Part shown: one piece after another, positions 46,426 through 54,331 of the stretch | Position numbering within the stretch: position 1 is the first letter of the stretch | Layout of the letters: every line of letters starts with the position of its first letter | IMG/VR virus record: IMGVR_UViG_3300032048_000004 | Span: 1-54,331 of that record | Source of the DNA: a virus | Taxonomy: Duplodnaviria; Caudoviricetes | Length of the DNA stretch: 54,331 nucleotides | Reading direction: 5' to 3' (one strand) | The notes under the pieces: generated by a model | What the model was told of the DNA's origin: nothing | Database searches by the model: none | What the model saw: the letters and a program-made list of their open reading frames with translations, nothing else | Translations under genes and position numbers: made by a program

Positions 46426-46923
46426 TTACTCTCTGCCAGCTTTGAGAATGTTTTCGATAGCTTCCTCAAGCTTGGCCTTTCCATCATCCATGTCGGACAC
46501 TTGATCGCCATAATTGCCGACTTTATAATCCTGTCGTGCAACAACCCAAGAGCGTTGACGGCTCATATTCTGAACATTAATATCAGATTCGCCTTCTCGC
46601 TTCAAGTTAAGATTGCTTCCAGTCTCAGTCTTATATTGCTTCTTGAGATAACTTTCAACAGCACTAATGTATCCATTGATATCATTCTCAAATCCGTTTC
46701 CATGAACTTCTTTCATGGTCACTTCACTGTTATAATAGATGCAGAGTTTATCTGCTGCGAGTCTAATAGAAAATCCGTCAACCACTCGTTTGTCAGTGAT
46801 AGCAACTTCTTCCTCTCGTCGCAATCCAATTTTAATTGGATCCCCATTTTCGTCAATCGCACCATCGTGGGTGTTTGACATAGCTTGTGAGATTCCTCTA
46901 ACAATTTCTAATACGGTAGCCAT
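46426..46923 (-). CDS. hypothetical protein
   Basis: GAGGAGG SD; clean ORF. Confidence 0.7.
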   Translation of the reverse strand: MATVLEIVRGISQAMSNTHDGAIDENGDPIKIGLRREEEVAITDKRVVDGFSIRLAADKLCIYYNSEVTMKEVHGNGFENDINGYISAVESYLKKQYKTETGSNLNLKREGESDINVQNMSRQRSWVVARQDYKVGNYGDQVSDMDDGKAKLEEAIENILKAGRE

Positions 46924-46939
46924 TTTATTTCCTCCTCGA

Positions 46940-47134
46940 TTAATCCGACTCTTTATTAATCTGTTGAACTTCTGCTCGAAGTTGTTTTAACTCTTCACGA
47001 ATTACTTGACAAGCCTTTCGGAGTCTGACTCCTGCCGTCTTGTTGCCTTTCGATTCACATTTTAGTGCATCAATCTTTGCTTCTTCCAGCAAATCTATAA
47101 CACACTGTAGTCTCTCCAGTAAAGTACAATTCAT
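46940..47134 (-). CDS. Hc1 / histone H1-like small protein
   Basis: DA.K...KGNKTAGVRLRKA.Q.I...LK.LR.EVQ matches the GNKxAGxRxRK motif. Confidence 0.65.
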   Translation of the reverse strand: MNCTLLERLQCVIDLLEEAKIDALKCESKGNKTAGVRLRKACQVIREELKQLRAEVQQINKESD

Positions 47135-47517
47135 TATTCTTCACCCTCAACCTCTTTAATCTTCCACTCTCGTCCTTCTATATGTTGAATATAGCAGTCA
47201 AAGCAACTATCGAATTTTTTCATATACAAATCATCTACCATGTTAAAAGAATATGTTTCACAATATGAGCAAACCCTGTTAGTCTTCTTCTTATTAAGTA
47301 GTTTCTTTGATACAAAAACGCCATCTAACTCAACCCTATCATCATCTTCTGATGCGCTATTAAGCTTTTCTGCGACCTTTTTCTGCTGCTCCAGGTACTC
47401 TGCCTCTTTCTTGTCATCCCAACCAGATTTGGGGTTTTTGACTGCAACTTTGCCATATTTCTTTGCAATGGCTTTTTCAATAGCTGCTATATCATTGAGG
47501 TCTTTACCCTTGCTCAC
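47134..47517 (-). CDS. hypothetical protein with C-terminal CxxC...CxxC
   Basis: CSYC and CFDC motifs. Confidence 0.7.
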   Translation of the reverse strand: MSKGKDLNDIAAIEKAIAKKYGKVAVKNPKSGWDDKKEAEYLEQQKKVAEKLNSASEDDDRVELDGVFVSKKLLNKKKTNRVCSYCETYSFNMVDDLYMKKFDSCFDCYIQHIEGREWKIKEVEGEE

Positions 47518-47960
47518 TGGATTCCATTCCCCTTTGTCAGCGCATAAACGAGGACTGTGGTTGAGATCGCACCAATAAAGAATACGCCCGCTGTGGTCAG
47601 GAAAGTTGACTTAGTTCCTTGGGTTTCAATGAGAAGATCGTTTGTTCTCTCAAGCTCCATGGCCAAGTAATCAATTTGCTTATCACGCAGATCAATCTGT
47701 AACTGTGTATTGATTTCCATTATCTCCATGTCAGTATCATACTTCAACTTCCATTTCCTTTGAATCATTTCGTACTCAGTGTTGATCAATGCCCATGCAT
47801 CGGGCAGCAAAATATATACATCATTCTTAAGTGTGAGGGTTGTTCCCTTCTCTGCAAATGAATACGAGAACTCTGGGAGGGTCTTCGTTTCACTTGCAAG
47901 TAGATTTGCTGGGAATGTTAATCCTAATATAAGGAATGGTATCATTAGTGATTTAATCAT
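47514..47960 (-). CDS. exported coiled-coil protein with C-terminal TM segment (spanin-like candidate)
   Basis: Signal-peptide-like N-terminus, coiled coil, hydrophobic C-terminus. Confidence 0.45.
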   Translation of the reverse strand: MIKSLMIPFLILGLTFPANLLASETKTLPEFSYSFAEKGTTLTLKNDVYILLPDAWALINTEYEMIQRKWKLKYDTDMEIMEINTQLQIDLRDKQIDYLAMELERTNDLLIETQGTKSTFLTTAGVFFIGAISTTVLVYALTKGNGIQ

Positions 47961-48369
47961 CTTTGTTCTCCACTGTTGCGATAGAGTCGAGAGGCACATA
48001 GTTGAGCTTACCGAAGTTTCTCTCTATGTCCTCGACGACCTTTTTTCTCTCTTCGAACGTATCAGCAGCAAGGTATTCTTTCTTTCTCTTCGCCAGAGTT
48101 TCTTCCTGCTCTTTTGTTATCTCTTCTTCTTTTCGTCTTGCGTCACTCAGAATCTTCTTTTCAAGATCCTCGAACTCTGCTTGTCGATCCATCGTGTCTC
48201 TATACATTTGAAGTCTGCTCTTCTCAGACTCGCTTTTATTCTTCAAAACGAGTTCAGCAATCTTCTTGGAGCCGGATGTACCATAAGCAAAGATGGCGGC
48301 AATGAGCGCACCGCAAAGTGCGCCCACTGCAAAAAGATTATCTTTTATAAATCTTAACGCCTTCATCAT
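47953..48369 (-). CDS. membrane-anchored coiled-coil protein (i-spanin-like candidate)
   Basis: N-terminal TM followed by a charged coiled coil; likely start in a TAATG overlap. Confidence 0.45.
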   Translation of the reverse strand: MMKALRFIKDNLFAVGALCGALIAAIFAYGTSGSKKIAELVLKNKSESEKSRLQMYRDTMDRQAEFEDLEKKILSDARRKEEEITKEQEETLAKRKKEYLAADTFEERKKVVEDIERNFGKLNYVPLDSIATVENKDD

Positions 48370-48584
48370 TACTTTCCATGTCTCCAAGTTGCAGCAATAT
48401 CTGCGACACCTTGAATTCCAATGTACGCCAATGAGATCGCAACCCAGTCACCAGACGCCAAGTTTGAATTAAACATGAGTCCGGTGGCTGTGAGCCACAC
48501 CATCAACTTACGGGAAACTACTTTCTTCTGGACTGTATCGAGCATCCCGCCTTCACCGATAACTCCATTAATTAAATTCTTCAT
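48369..48584 (-). CDS. small membrane protein, holin-like
   Basis: SRKL motif followed by two hydrophobic segments; 71 aa. Confidence 0.5.
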   Translation of the reverse strand: MKNLINGVIGEGGMLDTVQKKVVSRKLMVWLTATGLMFNSNLASGDWVAISLAYIGIQGVADIAATWRHGK

Positions 48585-48596
48585 CTTATCTCCTTC

Positions 48597-49913
48597 TTAT
48601 TCGACAATACACATTTTTGTGGGTCGATTACACGATTTCGGATTGTTCTGATTGGTCGCAATGCAAGAAAAACCTCTTGCAGTGTCACACTCAGAATCAA
48701 TCTCACAAGTCGCAGTTGTTGTATATGCTGAATCAAGCACCGATTGGTGAACATAATTCAACTCTTTGCCAGCTTCTGGAACCTCACAGGTATATCCAGA
48801 GCCGCAATCCAATTCTTTCAGGTCATCCCCTGCTGCGTTTTTGATGCCTTGATTTTCACAAACAGCAACACACATTGGGTACAGATCGTTTCCATCAATT
48901 TGATAACTACCCCAACAATCTGTGTTAGCAGGGGTATCAGTAGCACCTGTTACAGCGCACATATCATACTCAGGCGCAGTGTTGCAAGGATTCTGTTGAG
49001 CGCATCGGACCATTCCTACACGGTCAAAAGCATCACAGAAGACTGCACTCTTGCCACACCAATGCTCAAACAGCGTACAGTAATCACCAGTGGCACCACT
49101 CTGAAATCGGAGTGGCGTACATTGAAACCCTTCAGAGCACTGAGTGGGATCTGAGTTTGCAGCATCGCATGTTCGGTAGTCGCTCATGTCATTGCTCATT
49201 GAAGCAACTCCAATATCTGAAACACTCTCGACGCCTTTAATAATTCCGGTTGGTGAGGGAATACATTCCTCATTTGACCCGCAGGTCGAAGCATAAGGAT
49301 CTGATCCTGATGGATCACAGATCGTCTTACATCGGAAATCAACCATCTCTTGGCCTGTAAATCCAGACCCAGTTGTATTAGAGATAAGATTAATCTTTGT
49401 TGCAGCACAACGTCCTTGACCGTCCGCACAGAGCGAGAAATTGTCCCAGCCGCAGACCTCATTGATTTGAGATTCCTTTTTGAAGCAGTGGCCGCCTGTG
49501 GAATTTGTAGCGATACATATACCAGGACCGCCTTCGATGTTACGACACTCTGAGTCTGCGAGACACGGAGTCATACAAACACTCGTTCTTGGATTCACTG
49601 AATGACAGTCCAACCCTTCATCACAGTTTCCCTGCTCAATGCCAGTACACGCTTGAAATTCCAACGCTGCTGGGATATCAACACAAGCGGTTGTTATCAC
49701 CTGACAGGTGCTAGATTCCTGATTGTACTCACAGGTGACGCTTCCTTCCTGATACTCTCGGCTATCATATAGATCGCACCGATATTCAGGATTTCCCGCC
49801 AAGGCTCCAGAGCAGTCAGCAGAACACATAACCTTTGGAACCATTTCCTTCTTCTCCTCGGCAGTGCAGGCAACAAGCCCTAGTGCGAGAAGCGCAAATA
49901 ATATTTTTTTCAC
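48597..49913 (-). CDS. cysteine-rich lipoprotein
   Basis: KKILFALLALGLVAC lipobox; 41 Cys by manual count; likely GTG start after an AAGGAG SD. Confidence 0.75.
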   Translation of the reverse strand: MKKILFALLALGLVACTAEEKKEMVPKVMCSADCSGALAGNPEYRCDLYDSREYQEGSVTCEYNQESSTCQVITTACVDIPAALEFQACTGIEQGNCDEGLDCHSVNPRTSVCMTPCLADSECRNIEGGPGICIATNSTGGHCFKKESQINEVCGWDNFSLCADGQGRCAATKINLISNTTGSGFTGQEMVDFRCKTICDPSGSDPYASTCGSNEECIPSPTGIIKGVESVSDIGVASMSNDMSDYRTCDAANSDPTQCSEGFQCTPLRFQSGATGDYCTLFEHWCGKSAVFCDAFDRVGMVRCAQQNPCNTAPEYDMCAVTGATDTPANTDCWGSYQIDGNDLYPMCVAVCENQGIKNAAGDDLKELDCGSGYTCEVPEAGKELNYVHQSVLDSAYTTTATCEIDSECDTARGFSCIATNQNNPKSCNRPTKMCIVE

Positions 49914-49931
49914 TTTGTTCTCCTTTAACAT

Positions 49932-52900
49932 TTAGTGATTAACAAACGCAAACCCATTCTTCTTTTCAATTGAAATTTGCGAGTCTACAGAGTCCTTCAG
50001 TGCCTCTTGGTGAGATATGAGAAGGACTGTTTTGAAGTGTGTTTTAACGAGATCGAGGATTCTAACGAACCCTTCCATGTTCTCTTCATCCAATGCTGTT
50101 CCTGGCTCATCCAAGATGAATATGTCGCCTTTCGGCATGGAAGACACGCTCAAGAGTGCTAAACGAATTGCCATGGCAGCAATGGTTTTTTCCGCTCCTG
50201 AACCCATTTCCAATGGTCTTGCACTAAACTTGGGATGTTTAATAAATATCTCAAGCCTCTTGTCAATATCTTCGACATACACTTCAAAGTCAACGATGTT
50301 GGCAAGGGTTGATGCAATTTCAGCATTAATAATTGGTAATCTATTTTTGATAATATCCAGAGAAATTCCATTTGTGTGGACGCATCGCATAAACAAATCG
50401 TAGGCTGCGTACTCTTCTCTGGCTTCTGATAATTCTTCTTTCTGCTCGCTCAAACTCTCAAGTTGTTGAGTCAGCGAGCCGCTCTCCTTATATAACTCCG
50501 TGAGTCTATTTTCGCATTTAATGAGCTTATCTTCGGATTCTCTCACCTTGACAGTCTTCTTTTTTCTATCGGCAATAAGGTGTTCCAAGTTCTCAATTGC
50601 GTCACGATTCTCTTCATACTCAGCAATTTTGTCAGAAAGATTTCGAATCTCAGAGTCAATGTTTAAGACTTTGGTTTTGTTTTTCGCAATTTGTAGCTCA
50701 ATCTTGCCAATTTTTGTTTCCGTCGATGCTCGCTTCTCAATGACCTGACGGTGCTTCTCAATGTACTGGGCAATGACATCTGGCTGGAGATTGAGAATTT
50801 CCTTACCAACTTCTTTCTCTCTGTCTTTTGCCTCGTCAAGATCTTTTTTCGTGATTCCGATACTTTCAAGCGCAGTAAAAGCATCCTTGATGAATTTACA
50901 TTGCGGGAAGCTTTCTCCACACGGAACTTCGTTGAGGAGTTGGATCTTCTTCTCTTCTACTTCTCGGACGGTTTCTTTTTCTCTGATAAGTCTAAGTACC
51001 CCATCGAGGGCATCTTTTTTCTGTCGCACCATCTCTTGCTTATCATTCCACTCGTCAATATTAAATTCACTACAGAGGCTGTCAATCTTTGCAACAATAT
51101 CCCTATTTTCATCAGATTCCTCTTTTAACTTTTTATTTTTATTTTCTAGGCTGTGAGAGTTTCTTTTCTGCTCTTCCAACAATTTGGTGACTTCTTTAAT
51201 ATTAATGATAACCGCTGGGATGGCATCAATTGAAGATTGAAGTTCGATAAGATTAGCCTTGCTGGTTGCAATGTCGCCTCTTAATATGCTGCAAGTGTCT
51301 TTCTGCTCGCTCACTTCTTTGTTGTGTGAAATGAGTTGTGTTTGTATAACCTCTGACTCTGTGTCGAAATCGATCACTTCAAGCCTCTTCAGGATTGCCT
51401 TAAGATCAGAAGCGTCATCCTTTGCAAGTTTGAACTTTTTATCGAAAATCTCAAGGTCAAGGAACTTCGCAAGGATCTCTTTCCTCTTCGTCGAACCCTC
51501 ACCAATGAAGTCCAGAGAGCCTAATTGAGAGGCCATTGAGGTCAAAAGGAAGTCATCCATCGTACCAAAGTATTTTCTGATATTCTTGTCTGTTCCGTTA
51601 CGATCAAGGCCATTAAGAGGCTCTTTCCTGTTGGTCACTGGATTGTACGTTGAGAAGGTTACGTTAGTTTTTGCTTCGTCTGTTTCTTCTCCTCGGAGTT
51701 TTTTAGTATATTTCTCACAGTCACGTTCAATGATCAGTGTGGTGTCTCCAACCTCAATTTCGGCCCTTCCTTTGGCCCAATCAGCCTTTTCATTGATACT
51801 GTTCAGATTCTTCCGATTGCCCTTTGAGGTCGAATTATAGACGGTGAACAACAGACTATCGATGATACTTGACTTTCCAGAAAAGTTTTTTCCAAAGATG
51901 CCAACGATGCCATTCATGTTCTCGAAATCAATTTTATTCTTCTCTCCGTAGTTGAACAGGTTATCCCATTCAAGAGACTTCAAGCTCCAACGAACATTTC
52001 TTTTTACGTCCTCGCCAGCTTCGACGACTGTATTGTATTGTTTATTCAAAGCACAGACACGATCGAACATTACGTCGGTTACTTCATAATCTTCCAAGAA
52101 TTGCTTGAAGAACTTTTCCTGCACTGCAATGTTCCGCAAGTCCTCTTGTATGAGTTCTCCTTCGATCTCGACACTACGACGTGCTCCTGAAGCTCGATTG
52201 AGAAATGTTACAGAGGTTGGCTTGAACTTTGATTTTGCAGTGTCCAATGCCCTTCTGAGCTTGTGAATCGGAAGGCTGTGGTTTGTTGCAACACGAAGTC
52301 TTGCGCCCTCTGGAACAACTGCGTTCTTGGGAATACGACCTTGCTTGGTCAATTCGATTGTAACGAACGGACGTGGGTTTTCAAGGACATGATGCTCAAC
52401 AGTGAACTCATCTTTACTTTTAATATCCCAAACGAGATAGCCCTTGTCATTTGTCTCGCCATGGTTTTGTTGAACGGTGGAACCTGGATAACGGACACGA
52501 CCCTCAGTATCAAGAATCTGATTCGTTTTGTGAATATCCCCAAGAAAGGCATAATCAAAGTCCTCAAACACTGCAATATCATGATCGCCGTGTTCCATTA
52601 TCCAGCCAGTGTCTGTTACGACACCACCTACCGCTCCATGGTATAGAGCAATATTTATTTTATCCGCATTTGATGGCTGGACCCAATTGTCTTCATCGAA
52701 CACACTCAACACATTAATGGTGAAATCTTTGTCCAACACAGTCTCGCCAGCGGATTTGAGCAAGTGAAGGTTGGGAAGATTGAGTGCCTCAATAATTGGG
52801 GTCAACGCATCTTGGCGACTTTCGTTCTTAAGGTTTCCGTCATGATTGCCCAATATAATATAGGTGGGGGCGATACTCGATAATTCCTTAAAAAAGTTAG

Positions 52901-53084
52901 CTGCCATATCAACAAACTCAGGTGAAATCTGAGTCTTGGTATGTGCGATATCTCCACAGTGAATAATATAATCCACGTTTTGTTCTCGCAACATATTATA
53001 CATCTTTTCGAATACAGTTCTGTACTCGGAATGATATTTTAAATTTCGTATGTGGGTATCTGCAATATGTGCAAATCGTGCCAT
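49932..53084 (-). CDS. Mre11/SbcD nuclease - Rad50/SbcC ATPase fusion (gp47-gp46-like)
   Basis: DTH, GD, GNHD, GDIH and YPGS motifs, then GKNFSGKSS, coiled coil with Cys pair, GSGAE, LDEP and ISH. Confidence 0.92.
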   Translation of the reverse strand: MARFAHIADTHIRNLKYHSEYRTVFEKMYNMLREQNVDYIIHCGDIAHTKTQISPEFVDMAANFFKELSSIAPTYIILGNHDGNLKNESRQDALTPIIEALNLPNLHLLKSAGETVLDKDFTINVLSVFDEDNWVQPSNADKINIALYHGAVGGVVTDTGWIMEHGDHDIAVFEDFDYAFLGDIHKTNQILDTEGRVRYPGSTVQQNHGETNDKGYLVWDIKSKDEFTVEHHVLENPRPFVTIELTKQGRIPKNAVVPEGARLRVATNHSLPIHKLRRALDTAKSKFKPTSVTFLNRASGARRSVEIEGELIQEDLRNIAVQEKFFKQFLEDYEVTDVMFDRVCALNKQYNTVVEAGEDVKRNVRWSLKSLEWDNLFNYGEKNKIDFENMNGIVGIFGKNFSGKSSIIDSLLFTVYNSTSKGNRKNLNSINEKADWAKGRAEIEVGDTTLIIERDCEKYTKKLRGEETDEAKTNVTFSTYNPVTNRKEPLNGLDRNGTDKNIRKYFGTMDDFLLTSMASQLGSLDFIGEGSTKRKEILAKFLDLEIFDKKFKLAKDDASDLKAILKRLEVIDFDTESEVIQTQLISHNKEVSEQKDTCSILRGDIATSKANLIELQSSIDAIPAVIINIKEVTKLLEEQKRNSHSLENKNKKLKEESDENRDIVAKIDSLCSEFNIDEWNDKQEMVRQKKDALDGVLRLIREKETVREVEEKKIQLLNEVPCGESFPQCKFIKDAFTALESIGITKKDLDEAKDREKEVGKEILNLQPDVIAQYIEKHRQVIEKRASTETKIGKIELQIAKNKTKVLNIDSEIRNLSDKIAEYEENRDAIENLEHLIADRKKKTVKVRESEDKLIKCENRLTELYKESGSLTQQLESLSEQKEELSEAREEYAAYDLFMRCVHTNGISLDIIKNRLPIINAEIASTLANIVDFEVYVEDIDKRLEIFIKHPKFSARPLEMGSGAEKTIAAMAIRLALLSVSSMPKGDIFILDEPGTALDEENMEGFVRILDLVKTHFKTVLLISHQEALKDSVDSQISIEKKNGFAFVNH

Positions 53085-53091
53085 GCTGTCC

Positions 53092-54051
53092 TCATTTAAT
53101 TAAACCAATTGAATGGTTCAAGTAGGCTTCAGCATCTACTGCCTTCGCCTTTTCTTTTCTTTTATTGAACTCATCCCTCGACATCTCACCAACGTCGGAG
53201 AACGGTTCTATCTCTATCTTGTATAATTCTACACCATATTCCAACAATTGTTTAATTAAAAATAAAGATTTCTTCTCTGCATCGGCATCCAATGCAAGAT
53301 AGATTGGGGTGTCATTTTTGACTATCTCTTTGAAAACCTTGGACTTTTCGGAAATTGTGGACCCCAAGATCGGAATTGCGTTTCCTGCGACGATCGCATC
53401 AAAAACACCCTCGACGATCGTTAAGTCGCTATCCCAATCAATATAAAGCTCGCTGAAGACAATATCCTTGCTGACGGATGGACTTAAATATTTTCTCCAA
53501 TTGTTATCATATGTACGCCCAACGAAGTAATTCACACCGCCGTTTGTTGCAAAAGACGGGATGACCACACGGCCCTCATATTCGCCTGTGCCGCAGTATC
53601 CGATTTTCCAACGCAATATATCAGTCTTGGTTATGCCACGCTCAGAGAGGAACCTCAAGGCTGGTGAGGCGGTTATAGGGAGGTTTTTTGAAGTGAGCGT
53701 CTTGAACTCGCTGGGGAGTGGAATAAGCTGTTCTGGTTCTATTTCCTCCTTTTTACCAAACAGTTTCTCATTCAGTATCTCCTGGAAAGACTGGAGGTCA
53801 TGCGTGAAGGACTTCTCGTATTTGTCCCATTCTTTGAGTTGTTTGAAGTCTCCATACTTTCTTACGACCCTCCGAATTGAATTGCCACGATACTCGCAAA
53901 TCCAACATTTGAACTTATCTTTCTCGACATTGATTGAGAGTTTCTTTTTGTGGTGATCGCAAGCAGGGCAAGCGAACAGGTATTCACTTCCAGATTTGTA
54001 GCCTCTTCCAAGAACCTTCTTCAGGACTACTACTTTTTCGGTTGTATGCAC
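53092..54051 (-). CDS. DNA primase (Zn finger + TOPRIM)
   Basis: CPAC...CWIC, RVVIP, VEGVFDA and LDAD motifs. Confidence 0.88.
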   Translation of the reverse strand: MHTTEKVVVLKKVLGRGYKSGSEYLFACPACDHHKKKLSINVEKDKFKCWICEYRGNSIRRVVRKYGDFKQLKEWDKYEKSFTHDLQSFQEILNEKLFGKKEEIEPEQLIPLPSEFKTLTSKNLPITASPALRFLSERGITKTDILRWKIGYCGTGEYEGRVVIPSFATNGGVNYFVGRTYDNNWRKYLSPSVSKDIVFSELYIDWDSDLTIVEGVFDAIVAGNAIPILGSTISEKSKVFKEIVKNDTPIYLALDADAEKKSLFLIKQLLEYGVELYKIEIEPFSDVGEMSRDEFNKRKEKAKAVDAEAYLNHSIGLIK

Positions 54052-54329
54052 TTAGCACCAGCTTTCGCTATAATTAAACTATCGGCCCGATCATATGTAC
54101 CAGGCACAGGATTTCCAAACTTAGTCTCATCATAGCAGAATTGTGGTTCAGTGTCAAGTAAAAACTTCAATACAACCTTTTTTATATCTCCACCCTTTTC
54201 TTTTTTGGGGACACCACAAGATTTCCTTGCAGAAGGTGCGGAAATGTATTCAGGTTCCATACCCCATAGCTCATAACAGAGCCAACTGACAATTCCGTTG
54301 AACGCTGCGAGTGTTGAGATTGTTTTTGC
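54030..54329 (-). CDS. RuvC-like Holliday junction resolvase (5' end outside window)
   Basis: Frame is open to the window edge: AKTISTLAAFNGIVSW...SARK..G......K......DRADSLIIA. Confidence 0.6.
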   Translation of the reverse strand, partial: AKTISTLAAFNGIVSWLCYELWGMEPEYISAPSARKSCGVPKKEKGGDIKKVVLKFLLDTEPQFCYDETKFGNPVPGTYDRADSLIIAKAGAKCIQPKK

Positions 54330-54331
54330 GG

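Noticed and set aside
47779-48357. 192-aa plus-strand ORF and the other plus-strand ORFs in the track
   Set aside because: All overlap well-supported minus-strand genes and have no recognisable features
1-54331. Stop-codon reassignment, as in some large phages
   Set aside because: Conserved genes are full length under the standard code, and TAA, TAG and TGA all occur as genuine stops
1-54331. CRISPR array, tRNA genes, introns, inteins, transposases
   Set aside because: No repeat-spacer pattern or cloverleaf seen; intergenic gaps are short; DnaE, NrdJ, helicase and terminase are uninterrupted and of ordinary size. A tRNAscan/Infernal run would be definitive.

Overview
This window is a segment of a large myovirus genome with T4-like virion genes, and essentially every real gene is on the minus strand. 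In the direction of transcription (high to low coordinates) it encodes: a RuvC-like resolvase (partial), primase, an Mre11-Rad50 (SbcD-SbcC) fusion, a 41-Cys lipoprotein, a possible lysis trio and an Hc1-like protein; the head module (terminase, portal, prohead protease, ribosomal protein bS21, a tubulin/FtsZ-family GTPase, scaffold, major capsid); neck, sheath, tube, a tail chaperone with an apparent +1 frameshift extension, tape measure and baseplate genes; and a replication/metabolism module (minimal family-A polymerase, MazG-like, a second degenerate tubulin/FtsZ homolog, gp32-like SSB, RecA, phosphoesterase, 5'-3' exonuclease, DnaB-like helicase, class II RNR, GroES, nucleotidyltransferase-like, two DNA methyltransferases, DnaE, dUTPase and a partial GuaB/GuaC). 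The most notable signals are the two tubulin/FtsZ-family proteins under different promoter types, the unannotated frameshift ORF, a recurring ACTAHTTA motif upstream of structural genes, a 21-codon Cys-Cys micro-ORF, a pseudoknot candidate before recA, and host clues that point away from Bacteroidota despite bS21. All calls come from motif recognition by eye; no database searches were run.
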